From Lachnospiraceae bacterium (GTDB lineage: Bacteria > Bacillota > Clostridia > Lachnospirales > Lachnospiraceae), in assembly GCA_051880435.1 (NCBI GenBank), contig JBJENY010000054.1:616-64615 (forward strand): 64,000 nucleotides of DNA. The letters run 5' to 3'. A model generated the notes under the pieces. That model worked only from the letters and a program-made list of their open reading frames with translations, was not told the origin of the DNA and ran no database searches. The position numbers and the translations under genes are program-made. Numbering within the stretch: position 1 is the first letter of the stretch; each line of letters starts with the position of its first letter. Of this stretch, positions 8,917 through 17,614 are shown one piece after another.

Positions 8917-9642
8917 CTAATCATCTTCGCCATCATTATTAATGTCATCATCATTGATATCGTCGTCATCAGAGTCATCGGTATCGTCGTCATCGGTATC
9001 GTCGTCATCGGAGTCATCGGTATCGTCGTCGTCGGAGTCATCGGTATCGTCGTCGTCAGTAGCATCAGATTCATTGGTAACATTACCGGAATCGTCATTG
9101 CCGTCATCAGAGTCATCATCAATATCATCCGAATCGTCATCATCTGAATCAACAACATCATCAGTATCATCATCGATGTCGTTGGAATCATCATCCGTGT
9201 CGTTGGAATCGTTATCTGTGTCATCGGAATCATCATCCATGTCGTCTGAATCGTTATCTGTGTCATCGGAATCATCATCAGAGTCGTCTGAATCATTATC
9301 AGTATTATTCACATTGGCTTCACTGGAATCATCATTAGGTTGCGTTGCTACAACTTCTCCATTATAAGCATTCACTTTACATTTCTGTTCCACACCGTTG
9401 ACCAGTAAACGGATTTCATATGTACCATTTTCCTCATTGTATACACAAGATATAAATTGAGCATCTGATACATTAAGATGGTCCATTACAAGTTCCTTTG
9501 CTTTATCTTCAGTGATTGAAATGTTTCCTGCTGTTCGTTGTATTGTTGTTTCTTTCAAACTGTTTTCTTTGGTGCTTTCGCATCCTACTAACAATGTTGC
9601 AACTGCTAGTGCACTCATAATTACATAAATTTTTTTCTTCAT
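8917..9642 (-). CDS. PepSY-like lipoprotein with ~135-aa Asp/Ser/Thr/Asn-rich tail
   Basis: Lipobox LLVGC. PepSY-like segment ITEDKAKELVMDHL..YEIRLLVNGVEQKCKVNAYNGEVV, then DSDDSDDDSDDTDNDSDD... to the C-terminus. GGAGGAG RBS. Confidence 0.75.
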   Translation of the reverse strand: MKKKIYVIMSALAVATLLVGCESTKENSLKETTIQRTAGNISITEDKAKELVMDHLNVSDAQFISCVYNEENGTYEIRLLVNGVEQKCKVNAYNGEVVATQPNDDSSEANVNNTDNDSDDSDDDSDDTDNDSDDMDDDSDDTDNDSNDTDDDSNDIDDDTDDVVDSDDDDSDDIDDDSDDGNDDSGNVTNESDATDDDDTDDSDDDDTDDSDDDDTDDDDTDDSDDDDINDDDINNDGEDD

Positions 9643-9786
9643 ATGAACTCCTCCATTCTCTATATTTTTTATATTAATAGAATACGTAGAGTTCTTTTAT
9701 ATAACTGGGGTAGCTTTCTGCTTTTTGTAATTTTTTTTGAAGGGCATGTTTTTTGATTTTTACTTTATTACTGTAAGCTGTTGTAT

Positions 9787-10470
9787 TTATATCTCAATAA
9801 GTTCCTCGATTAAATCGTAGTGTTTATCAATAAATGTAGTTACATCTTTCTCATTACCTATAAGAATTCCATGATATATACCTTCGTGATATAAGTGGAA
9901 TTCTTTTTTTTTCTGTTTATCTGCTTTTTGCAGTACCTCATCAATCCATTCCCGATATACGGTCATTAGGGCTTCCATGATGGTAATCAGTAGGGTATTT
10001 TCGGATTCTTTCATCAGTAATTCATGGAATTCTTTATCAAGAATTGCTTGATTTAGGTCGGAGGCATTTTTTAGGTCCTTTAGATTTTCCTCAAATATAT
10101 TTTTGTGTTCTTCTCGGATTCCTTTTTTTATTAATAGTGAGCAGGTCGCTTTTTCCATTGTGCGTCTAAATTCGCAGACGTCTTTTTTTGTAATGGTACC
10201 TAATGCTAACATCATAATAAGGAGTTGACGAAAGGTCTCGTTTGTTCTTGCTGAAATATAGTTTCCGGAGCCATGAACACGGTTGATGATTCCCATGCCA
10301 TGAAGAATACTGAGTGCTTCTCTTGTGGAATTTCTCCCAATATTTAATGTTTCGGCAATTGTCCTTTCCGTTGGTAATTTATTTCCCACAGACAGTTCAC
10401 CGTTTTGAATCATGGAAAAGATGTATGTAATTGCTTTTTCATACTCCATTTGTTTATTTTGTTGTTCCAT
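9787..10470 (-). CDS. GntR-family (FadR/FCD-type) transcriptional regulator
   Basis: Winged HTH KLPTERTIAETLNIGRNSTREALSILHGMGII plus a helical C-terminal domain. It lies downstream of lrgAB on the same strand. Confidence 0.85.
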   Translation of the reverse strand: MEQQNKQMEYEKAITYIFSMIQNGELSVGNKLPTERTIAETLNIGRNSTREALSILHGMGIINRVHGSGNYISARTNETFRQLLIMMLALGTITKKDVCEFRRTMEKATCSLLIKKGIREEHKNIFEENLKDLKNASDLNQAILDKEFHELLMKESENTLLITIMEALMTVYREWIDEVLQKADKQKKKEFHLYHEGIYHGILIGNEKDVTTFIDKHYDLIEELIEI

Positions 10471-10530
10471 CGTTTCCCCTTTTTACAAACATCTATTTTA
10501 AAACTAAAGTTACAAAGATACTATGTCAAA

Positions 10531-11223
10531 TTATAAAAAACAAGCATATATAGATGCCAGAATTACTGTTAATATACCGGAAACAGCAATAGCAAGTCCA
10601 CTCATTGCTCCTTCAATTTCGCCGATTTCCATTGCTTTTGCGGTACCGATTGCATGGGAGGAAGCTCCAAATGCCAGACCCTTTGAAATTGGTTCCGTTA
10701 TGTGAAAGATTTTACAAATAGTTTCTCCCATGATATTTCCCAAAACTCCTGTGATGATGATAACGGCAACCGTAATCGTAACATATCCTCCAAGTTCTTC
10801 TGAAACGTCCATCCCGATTGCTGTTGTAATGGATTTCGGTAATAAGGTTACATATTCTTTATGTGATAATCCTAAAATAAATGCGAGTATAAGAACAGTA
10901 GTAAGACTTGTGATTGTTCCAGCCAAGAGTCCGGCTATTACAGCTTTGTAATTTTTTTTCAGTAAGCTCCATTGTTCGTATAATGGGATTGCAAGACATA
11001 CGGTGGCAGGTGTTAATAACCAGCTTAATATTTTTGCCCCTTCATAATATGTATTATAATCCATGTTACCTGCTACAATTACCAGAATGGAAATAATGAT
11101 AGCTATTAACAGTGGATTAAAGATTCCCAGTTTAAATTTCTTTTTCAGTATGATTCCGATTCCATATGAAACTAAGCTTAATGCAACACCTGCAAACATG
11201 GATTCTTCAAAAAATTGGTTCAT
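10531..11223 (-). CDS. lrgB: LrgB/CidB-family membrane protein
   Basis: 230-aa polytopic protein. Typical LrgB N-terminus (..FAGVALSLVSYGIGIILKKKFKLGIFNPLL..). Overlaps the lrgA stop by 17 nt. Confidence 0.85.
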   Translation of the reverse strand: MNQFFEESMFAGVALSLVSYGIGIILKKKFKLGIFNPLLIAIIISILVIVAGNMDYNTYYEGAKILSWLLTPATVCLAIPLYEQWSLLKKNYKAVIAGLLAGTITSLTTVLILAFILGLSHKEYVTLLPKSITTAIGMDVSEELGGYVTITVAVIIITGVLGNIMGETICKIFHITEPISKGLAFGASSHAIGTAKAMEIGEIEGAMSGLAIAVSGILTVILASIYACFL

Positions 11224-11572
11224 TTTCTTTTTCCTTTCTGATGATTCTTTGTGAGACTTTTCCCGTTGCTATCATTACGGTAATTATGGTTGTAATCGTA
11301 ATGATACAAATAGGAAGCAACATGGATTTTAAAACCTCCCAGGAGGTAATCAGTCCCACTCCTGCAGGAATGAACATAACAGGCATAATTTCTATCATAA
11401 AGATTCCTGTCTCCTTTACTGCTGTCAATGGAATGATACCGGTCATAAGACAGACAAATAGAATAATCATCCCATAAATGCTTGCTGGAATTGGTAAAGG
11501 GATGATATATTTTAATATTTCCCCGATTAGTGTAACCAGTAAAATTAACAAAAATTGTTTTAAATACTTCAT
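11207..11572 (-). CDS. lrgA: LrgA/CidA holin-like protein
   Basis: 121 aa with 4 TM helices. MKYLKQFLLILLVTLIGEILKYIIPLPIPASIYGMIILF is typical of LrgA. GGAG RBS. Confidence 0.85.
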   Translation of the reverse strand: MKYLKQFLLILLVTLIGEILKYIIPLPIPASIYGMIILFVCLMTGIIPLTAVKETGIFMIEIMPVMFIPAGVGLITSWEVLKSMLLPICIITITTIITVMIATGKVSQRIIRKEKENEPIF

Positions 11573-11666
11573 AGATTCATCTCCATCGTAAAAATTGGTA
11601 GCACCAATATTGGTGCTACCAATTAATATACCCTTATATTTTTATCTGTCAAGTAATTTCTGGAAA

Positions 11667-11906
11667 TTACGATTGCTTCTTCGTTAAAGATTTTATTCGG
11701 GCACGGATAATTACATAGTTCCATTTTGTTTCAGGACAAGAAACGGGACAAAGGTTCGCCTCCATTACGGATAGATTTGTATTGATTGGTATACCGGTCA
11801 GACATTCGGTATGCTGTTCTGCAGGAACGGTAAATTCTGTAACCAGCTCGTCAGACTCCAGAATAGGAGCGTTTATTTTGCCGTCACTGATTTTAATCAC
11901 ATCCAT
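11667..11906 (-). CDS. possible small protein (79 aa), unknown
   Basis: An ORF only. The RBS is weak (AAGGA, about 16 nt upstream) and there is no motif. It is divergent from the cupin gene. Confidence 0.3.
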   Translation of the reverse strand: MDVIKISDGKINAPILESDELVTEFTVPAEQHTECLTGIPINTNLSVMEANLCPVSCPETKWNYVIIRARIKSLTKKQS

Positions 11907-12057
11907 CAGCAGCTTTTCAAATCCTTTTTAGAATGCACATATCTGTCAGAGAAAGATAGAAAAATCATATATGCTTCGTCAGTCTTGAATATGCACGAAA
12001 ACAGAATTCCTGCATACACTGTTAATGGAACTACAGGGTATTATGCAGGAGATTTTT

Positions 12058-12474
12058 ATGGATGAATATAATCAAAAATCAATAACGGATTATGGAGCAT
12101 GTCCCTATGCTACCAATGTTGGAAGAATGGCACGTCAGAATACGAACTTTCGTACTGCATTGTGGACCGGATGTCATTTGCAAATGACATTAATGTGTAT
12201 TCCCAGATGTGGTGAAATCGGAGTGGAAATTCATGAGGACACAGATCAGTATATCCGGGTGGAGCAGGGGCAGGCAATGGTTTTGCTTGGAGAATGTGAA
12301 AATCGGATGGATATGAGACAGGGCTTGATGCAGGGGGATGCCGTGTTTGTCCCCGCGGGCACCTGGCATAATATCATTAATACCGGCAACTGTTGTCTCA
12401 AGGTATCCTCTGTTTATGCACCTCCGCATCATCCGTGGGGAACTGTGCAGCGGGATAAGGAAAGCGCAGAATAA
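12058..12474 (+). CDS. cupin-domain protein
   Basis: Cupin motifs GEIGVEIHEDTDQYIRVEQG and GDAVFVPAGTWHNIIN. AGGAG lies 7 nt before ATG 12058; the track start 12025 has no RBS. Confidence 0.75.
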   Translation: MDEYNQKSITDYGACPYATNVGRMARQNTNFRTALWTGCHLQMTLMCIPRCGEIGVEIHEDTDQYIRVEQGQAMVLLGECENRMDMRQGLMQGDAVFVPAGTWHNIINTGNCCLKVSSVYAPPHHPWGTVQRDKESAE

Positions 12475-12537
12475 AATAGGAGATTGCAATTGTGCTTTTT
12501 ACCATTTTTTGTTAAAATATAAGCGAGGTGGCAGATT

Positions 12538-12966
12538 ATGAAAAAAGGTAAAATGCACAATTTCATTATCCATATCATACTGTTGGCAATTGTGGTATCT
12601 GTGATAGGTGTAGGTTTTGATGGTTCTCGCCTTGTAAGTAGACAGTCAGATTCTGCAGATATCATGAAGTGTATTGTGGAAACCGAACTGCTTTCTGACG
12701 ATAATGTGAACAATATTCAAATTGTGGAACGGGGAAGAGTTTTGGTAAGTGTCTGGCAGATGAGGGTAGTCCGCGGTGTATTTTCCTATCGGGCAGCTCT
12801 ATATTATCTTTGTGCTCTGGTATTTTTATCAGGGCTGTTTCTATTTTCCCTTCGGGAGCGTTTTATTCTTTATGGAAACCGATATGTGGCAAAGGTCTGC
12901 TATCAGGTTGACTACATAGAGAATCAGGACGGTCGGAAAAAATCTCATCACTTTTTTACAATTTAA
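12538..12966 (+). CDS. hypothetical membrane protein (142 aa)
   Basis: GAGGTGG RBS. N-terminal TM (FIIHIILLAIVVSVIGVGF) and a second TM (LYYLCALVFLSGLFLFSL). Confidence 0.55.
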   Translation: MKKGKMHNFIIHIILLAIVVSVIGVGFDGSRLVSRQSDSADIMKCIVETELLSDDNVNNIQIVERGRVLVSVWQMRVVRGVFSYRAALYYLCALVFLSGLFLFSLRERFILYGNRYVAKVCYQVDYIENQDGRKKSHHFFTI

Positions 12967-13199
12967 GGAGCAATTTTTGTTCCCATATGAACGAAACAGG
13001 AGATGACTGAAAAAGCAATAGGTCATGGCCTTATTTTGGTGTACGAATTTTTCAGACAAAATGACTTCATGAAAGTGTATCTATTTGTTTGGAGAATTGG
13101 TGCTTTATTCATCGTGCCAAAAGGCAGATGCTGAAAAAAGATAGGAATCAAGTAGAAACCTGCTTGATTGCTTTGTTGTAAAGAAGGAGATTTGAGATT

Positions 13200-13343
13200 A
13201 TGAAAATATTAATGTGGTTACTTATTATTTTTGGTGGAGGCGTTGGACTGTTTTCTACCCTTTATATTGTTGTTTCTTTGTTCGCGGTAATAGGATTTAA
13301 AATTTTCCGCAAAATTAAATATGGTATGTCTTTCTATGACTAG
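13200..13343 (+). CDS. micro-ORF, 47-aa single-TM peptide (not in ORF track)
   Basis: AAGGAGA lies 8-9 nt before ATG 13200. Translation: MKILMWLLIIFGGGVGLFSTLYIVVSLFAVIGFKIFRKIKYGMSFYD. Stop TAG 13341-13343. Confidence 0.5.
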   Translation: MKILMWLLIIFGGGVGLFSTLYIVVSLFAVIGFKIFRKIKYGMSFYD

Positions 13344-13354
13344 GAGGTGGCAGC

Positions 13355-13495
13355 ATGACAGGAGCAGATATTTTAGTGATTATCATGAGTGTCATCGCAT
13401 TTGGAATTGGCATTTATTGTTTCTTTACGGAGCATTTTAGTTCCGGTAAGAGTGATTTGGAATCGAAAGAAATAAAGGAAGGAGATGGACAATGA
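13355..13495 (+). CDS. micro-ORF, 46-aa single-TM peptide (not in ORF track)
   Basis: TAGGAGGTGG lies 5 nt before ATG 13355. Translation: MTGADILVIIMSVIAFGIGIYCFFTEHFSSGKSDLESKEIKEGDGQ. Its TGA overlaps the ATG of the CaCA gene (ATGA at 13492-13495). Confidence 0.55.
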   Translation: MTGADILVIIMSVIAFGIGIYCFFTEHFSSGKSDLESKEIKEGDGQ

Positions 13496-14421
13496 TAATT
13501 GTATCAATCATATTATTAATCCTTGGTTTTGTAATGCTGGTAAAAGGTGCAGACTGGTTTGTGGATGGTGCTTCCGGTCTGGCAACTCGTCTTGGTATTC
13601 CCCAGCTTGTGATTGGTTTGACTATTGTGGCAATGGGAACCAGTTTGCCGGAGGCTGCGGTAAGTATTACAGCGGCAATTAAACAAAATGCGGGTATTTC
13701 TATTGGGAATGTACTTGGTAGTAATATTTTAAATATACTGATTATTTTAGGTATTACCGCAGTTTTGGTTTCTGTCGGGGTACAGAAATCAACTTATTTT
13801 TATGAGATACCATTTATGCTTGTGATTACGGCTATCCTCCTTGCAATGGGGGTAACAGGGCAGGAGGTTACCCGAATAGAGGGTATCCTTCTTTTGATAC
13901 TTTTTGTGCTGTATCTGGTATATCTTTATTTTTTATCAAAGCAGTCAAAGGCTCCGGAATCAGAGGAAGAGAAAGTGTTCTCTGTGGGCAAATGCATTTT
14001 CTTTATTATTCTTGGCGGTATCATGATTGTATGGGGCAGTGACCTTGCTGTAAAAGGGGCGTCTGACCTTGCAAGAATATTTGGTGTCAGTGAGCGGTTT
14101 ATCGGACTTACCATTGTTGCATTAGGAACCAGTCTGCCGGAGCTTGTGACTTCCGTAACAGCGGCACGGAAAGGAAATGCAGATATTGCCATTGGTAATA
14201 TTGTGGGAAGTAATATTTTTAACATTTTATTTGTCCTTGGAATATCTTCCACAATCTGTGATATACCCTATGCCCTGTCCTTCCGGGTGGATGCGGTCAT
14301 TGCAATCATCGCCGGTGTTTTGCTATGGCTTTTCAGTATCCGGAAAAAGAAACTGACACGTAGCGGAGGGGTGGTTATGCTGATAGCCTATGCTGCATAT
14401 TTTGTGTATTTATGTTCGTGA
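13492..14421 (+). CDS. Ca2+/Na+ (CaCA, YrbG-type) antiporter
   Basis: Two alpha-repeat signatures (AMGTSLPEAAVS and ALGTSLPELVTS). About 10 TM helices, 309 aa. Confidence 0.9.
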   Translation: MIIVSIILLILGFVMLVKGADWFVDGASGLATRLGIPQLVIGLTIVAMGTSLPEAAVSITAAIKQNAGISIGNVLGSNILNILIILGITAVLVSVGVQKSTYFYEIPFMLVITAILLAMGVTGQEVTRIEGILLLILFVLYLVYLYFLSKQSKAPESEEEKVFSVGKCIFFIILGGIMIVWGSDLAVKGASDLARIFGVSERFIGLTIVALGTSLPELVTSVTAARKGNADIAIGNIVGSNIFNILFVLGISSTICDIPYALSFRVDAVIAIIAGVLLWLFSIRKKKLTRSGGVVMLIAYAAYFVYLCS

Positions 14422-14485
14422 AGTCCTGCATTGGAGATACATGCAGAATGTAAAAGGATTTTAAATGTAAAATGAACCTTCAAGT

Positions 14486-14523
14486 GGAGAGAATCGATTA
14501 TACAGATCATTCTCTCCTTTTTT
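14486..14523 (+). terminator. intrinsic terminator after CaCA gene
   Basis: GGAGAGAAT (14486-14494) ... ATTCTCTCC (14509-14517) followed by TTTTTT. Confidence 0.8.
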
Positions 14524-14604
14524 ATGCATTGTCCAGGTGCTTTGAATTGTAATTTGAATTGACTTTTTTCCTTTCTGACTTGTATATATAGTGAAGGAGG
14601 AAAA

Positions 14605-15099
14605 ATGATGGAATCAAATATGAGTACTCAGGAATTTGAAATGATTTACCAACAATATAAAAATATATTGTATCGTATTGCATTTACATATCTAAAAAAT
14701 AATGCGGATGTGGAAGATATACTGCAGGAAGTATTTTTAAAGAGGGTATATCAGGCACCGGTATTTAATAATTCGGAACATGAAAAACGGTGGATGATTC
14801 GTATCACTGTCAACATGTGTAAAAATATGTTAAAGAATTTTTGGAATCAAAATATGGACAGTCTGGATGAAAATATGGACTTATTATTTCAGCAATGGGA
14901 TATGGATTCTAATGAAAAAACCATCATGGATGAGGTGTTTCGGCTACCGGAAAAACAAAGGATTGTAATTTATCTGTACTATTTTGAGGGATATGCGTGC
15001 AAGGAAATTGCAAACATCCTTAAAATAAGTGAGTCGGCTGTAAAAATGAGATTAAAAAAGGGCAGAACCCAGCTAAAAGCTGTATTAGTAGAGGAGTGA
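14605..15099 (+). CDS. ECF-type sigma-70 family factor
   Basis: Region 2 (DVEDILQEVFLK..) and region 4 HTH (GYACKEIANILKISESAVKMRLKKGR). AAGGAGGA RBS. Confidence 0.85.
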   Translation: MMESNMSTQEFEMIYQQYKNILYRIAFTYLKNNADVEDILQEVFLKRVYQAPVFNNSEHEKRWMIRITVNMCKNMLKNFWNQNMDSLDENMDLLFQQWDMDSNEKTIMDEVFRLPEKQRIVIYLYYFEGYACKEIANILKISESAVKMRLKKGRTQLKAVLVEE

Positions 15100-15104
15100 T
15101 TTGT

Positions 15105-16166
15105 ATGGAACAGGGAAACTATAGGGAACTGGCAGACAAAATGATAATGCCGGAAGATATGGATAGGAGATTAAAAATGAAATTAATAAAGGAAACAGAG
15201 CAAAAGCAGAAAAAGAAAGTATGGAACAGGTTCGCTATGACTGCCGCAATTGCACTTTGTTTTATTGTGGCACTTTCCGGTGCTGCAGTAGCAAAATCAG
15301 ATTTGTTGAGAAACTGGCTTGCAGGATTAGGACCTAATTCAAAAAATGTTGAGGAATACATTGAAACGGATACGGCAAAGACAGACAGTGACTGGCTTAC
15401 AGTAAAGGATGTATATCTGGATGGCATGAAGCTTGTGTTTGTGGTTGAGTTACAGGAAGATTCTCAGGTAATGCCTTATGATATAACGGATCATTCATAT
15501 GTGGATGGCGTGGATTGTCTCAGTGATACTTTTCAGCCCATAGGGGATGGAATGTATGAGGGGATTATCGATTTATCTGTAGCTGACGGGTTGTTACAGT
15601 CTGCTCTGTCCAAGGATACTATAACGGTAGAAACAACCTTGTATTGTGAAGGGGATGTGACAACAGACCGGAGAGCATTTTCATTTACGGTTCCAAGTAA
15701 AAATATGCAGTTAACCACCATGATAGAAGATGATAAGATACCAATTACTGAGATTGGAGAAAATGGTGAGGAAATACAGATTGGAACGGTAGTCGGTACA
15801 TTTACCATATCTCCGTCCACGATACAGATGAGACTGCATTATGAGTTTACAGGTGAAAATGCAAAGGAAAACCGGGAAAAATATGCAGCCGAAAATCTGT
15901 TATATAATGTCATAGATGATGCCGGTCAGACAATGGATTTCTTTGATGTATGTAACTGGTCGGGATATGAAAATATTGTTGACCGGGATGGGTTTAGTAG
16001 TATTGATATGACTGCGGAACTAAACAAATATGATACCAATTCCAAGACCATTACACTTTATCCGGTTACAGTGGATTATTATACAGAAGGGGAATTGGCA
16101 GGAAAATATATTCAGGGAACGGAGGTTCCTCATGAAGAACGTGCCATTACATTCCATTTACAATAA
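15105..16166 (+). CDS. cognate anti-sigma factor candidate (single TM, large extracytoplasmic domain; DUF4179-like layout)
   Basis: It starts 6 nt after the sigma stop, using the GAGGAG inside the sigma gene end as RBS. TM FAMTAAIALCFIVALSGAAVA. Confidence 0.65.
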   Translation: MEQGNYRELADKMIMPEDMDRRLKMKLIKETEQKQKKKVWNRFAMTAAIALCFIVALSGAAVAKSDLLRNWLAGLGPNSKNVEEYIETDTAKTDSDWLTVKDVYLDGMKLVFVVELQEDSQVMPYDITDHSYVDGVDCLSDTFQPIGDGMYEGIIDLSVADGLLQSALSKDTITVETTLYCEGDVTTDRRAFSFTVPSKNMQLTTMIEDDKIPITEIGENGEEIQIGTVVGTFTISPSTIQMRLHYEFTGENAKENREKYAAENLLYNVIDDAGQTMDFFDVCNWSGYENIVDRDGFSSIDMTAELNKYDTNSKTITLYPVTVDYYTEGELAGKYIQGTEVPHEERAITFHLQ

Positions 16167-16262
16167 AATGATAACTTTGATATCAATGGATTGTGAAGTT
16201 ATCTGATAGTTTTACAATGGTTGAAATAGGGTGTGTTCAATTAAAGCTGGTAATATAAAAAT

Positions 16263-16291
16263 CGGACAATTTATGAGTTGTCCGGTTTTTT
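16263..16291. terminator. bidirectional terminator between convergent genes
   Basis: CGGACAA (16263-16269) / TTGTCCG (16278-16284), flanked by an A-run upstream and TTTTTT downstream. Confidence 0.75.
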
Positions 16292-16299
16292 AGTGGAAT

Positions 16300-17535
16300 T
16301 TAATCCATATATTTTTTTACAAGTACAGTTGCATTATGTCCGCCAAAGCCTAATGAATTGCTGATGGCAATATTGACAGGTGTATGAATACCGTTACCCT
16401 TTGTATAATCCAGGTCGCATTCAGGATCATCTTCTTGTAATCCGACAGTAGGATGAATATAGCTATGATTAATAGATAAAATACTGGTAATCAGTTCTAC
16501 AGCACCACCACCGGCAAACATATGGCCAACCATTGATTTTGTTGAGTTAATGTGCAAATGATAAGCGTGCTCTCCAAAGGCAAGCTTAATGGCTCTTGTT
16601 TCATATAAATCATTGTAAACCGTACTGGTACCGTGAGCATTAATATAATCAACCTGTTCCGGAGTTACCCCTGCGTCCTCCATTGCCATGGTCATGGCAC
16701 GTGCTGCAGCAGAACCATCTTCTAATGGGGTTGTGACATGATGGGCATCACAGGTGGCACCATAACCACCTATCTCAGCATAGATATGTGCACCTCTTCT
16801 TTTGGCATGCTCTAATTCCTCCAATACTAATACACCGGCACCTTCCCCGGTAACAAAACCATTTCTTCTTTTATCAAATGGGATGGAAGCACATAAGGGG
16901 TCTTCCGACTGGGTAAGAGCGGTTAATGCTTGAAAGGATGCTACACCAAATCTGCTGACAGAACTGTCTACACCACCGGCTAATATTACGTCAGCTTCTC
17001 CATGCTGAATACTTCGAAACGCCTCACCAATGGAGTTGGTACCTGTTGCACAGGCTGTCACCACATCAATACATTTTCCCTGAAAACCATGGATTAATGC
17101 CACATTTGCTGCCGCCATATTTCCAAGAATCAGTGGGGCAGTAAGTGGATGGATTTTTCCCGGTCCTTTTTCTATCAGCTTATCATATTCTCTTTCGATT
17201 CCCATAAGACTTCCGATACCGGAACCGATGCTGACGCCTAAACGGAAGCTGTCTTCCTTCTGTACATCAATACCGCTGTCTTCCATGGCTTCTTTTGCGG
17301 CTACGGCGGCAAACTGACTAAAACGGTCCATTCTTTTTGTAATTTTAGGTTCCAGATAATCCTTGGCATTAAAATCCTTTACTTCTGCGGATAATTTTGC
17401 TTTATAATCTGTAGTATCAAAATTCTGTATGACATCAATACCTACTTTGGTTTGCAAAATACTATCCCAAAAGGTGGAAACTCCGATTCCGATTGGCGTT
17501 ACCGCACCCATTCCTGTTACTACTACACGCTTCAT
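16300..17535 (-). CDS. fabF: beta-ketoacyl-ACP synthase II
   Basis: MKRVVVTGMGAVTPIG start. Active-site Cys context VVTACATGTNSIGEA. His motifs CDAHHVTTP and INAHGTST. GFGGHN near the C-terminus. Confidence 0.93.
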   Translation of the reverse strand: MKRVVVTGMGAVTPIGIGVSTFWDSILQTKVGIDVIQNFDTTDYKAKLSAEVKDFNAKDYLEPKITKRMDRFSQFAAVAAKEAMEDSGIDVQKEDSFRLGVSIGSGIGSLMGIEREYDKLIEKGPGKIHPLTAPLILGNMAAANVALIHGFQGKCIDVVTACATGTNSIGEAFRSIQHGEADVILAGGVDSSVSRFGVASFQALTALTQSEDPLCASIPFDKRRNGFVTGEGAGVLVLEELEHAKRRGAHIYAEIGGYGATCDAHHVTTPLEDGSAAARAMTMAMEDAGVTPEQVDYINAHGTSTVYNDLYETRAIKLAFGEHAYHLHINSTKSMVGHMFAGGGAVELITSILSINHSYIHPTVGLQEDDPECDLDYTKGNGIHTPVNIAISNSLGFGGHNATVLVKKYMD

Positions 17536-17614
17536 AATTTCAGTCCTTTCCTGTGTCTGCATAAAAGTAATTGTGTGTTGAATTCTTGTAAGATAATATG
17601 TAAAGTGTTTTTAA

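Noticed and set aside
7253-9367. Plus-strand ORFs (7253-7531, 7257-7577, 8942-9367) and the minus-strand off-frame ORF 8859-9296, which overlap the Asp-rich tails.
   Set aside because: They are Ser/Ile/Val-rich or Met/Thr/Ile-rich shadow frames of GAT/GAC-repeat coding DNA. The real genes, with lipobox, RsgI N-domain, RBS and operon logic, are the minus-strand frames 7160-8032 and 8917-9642.
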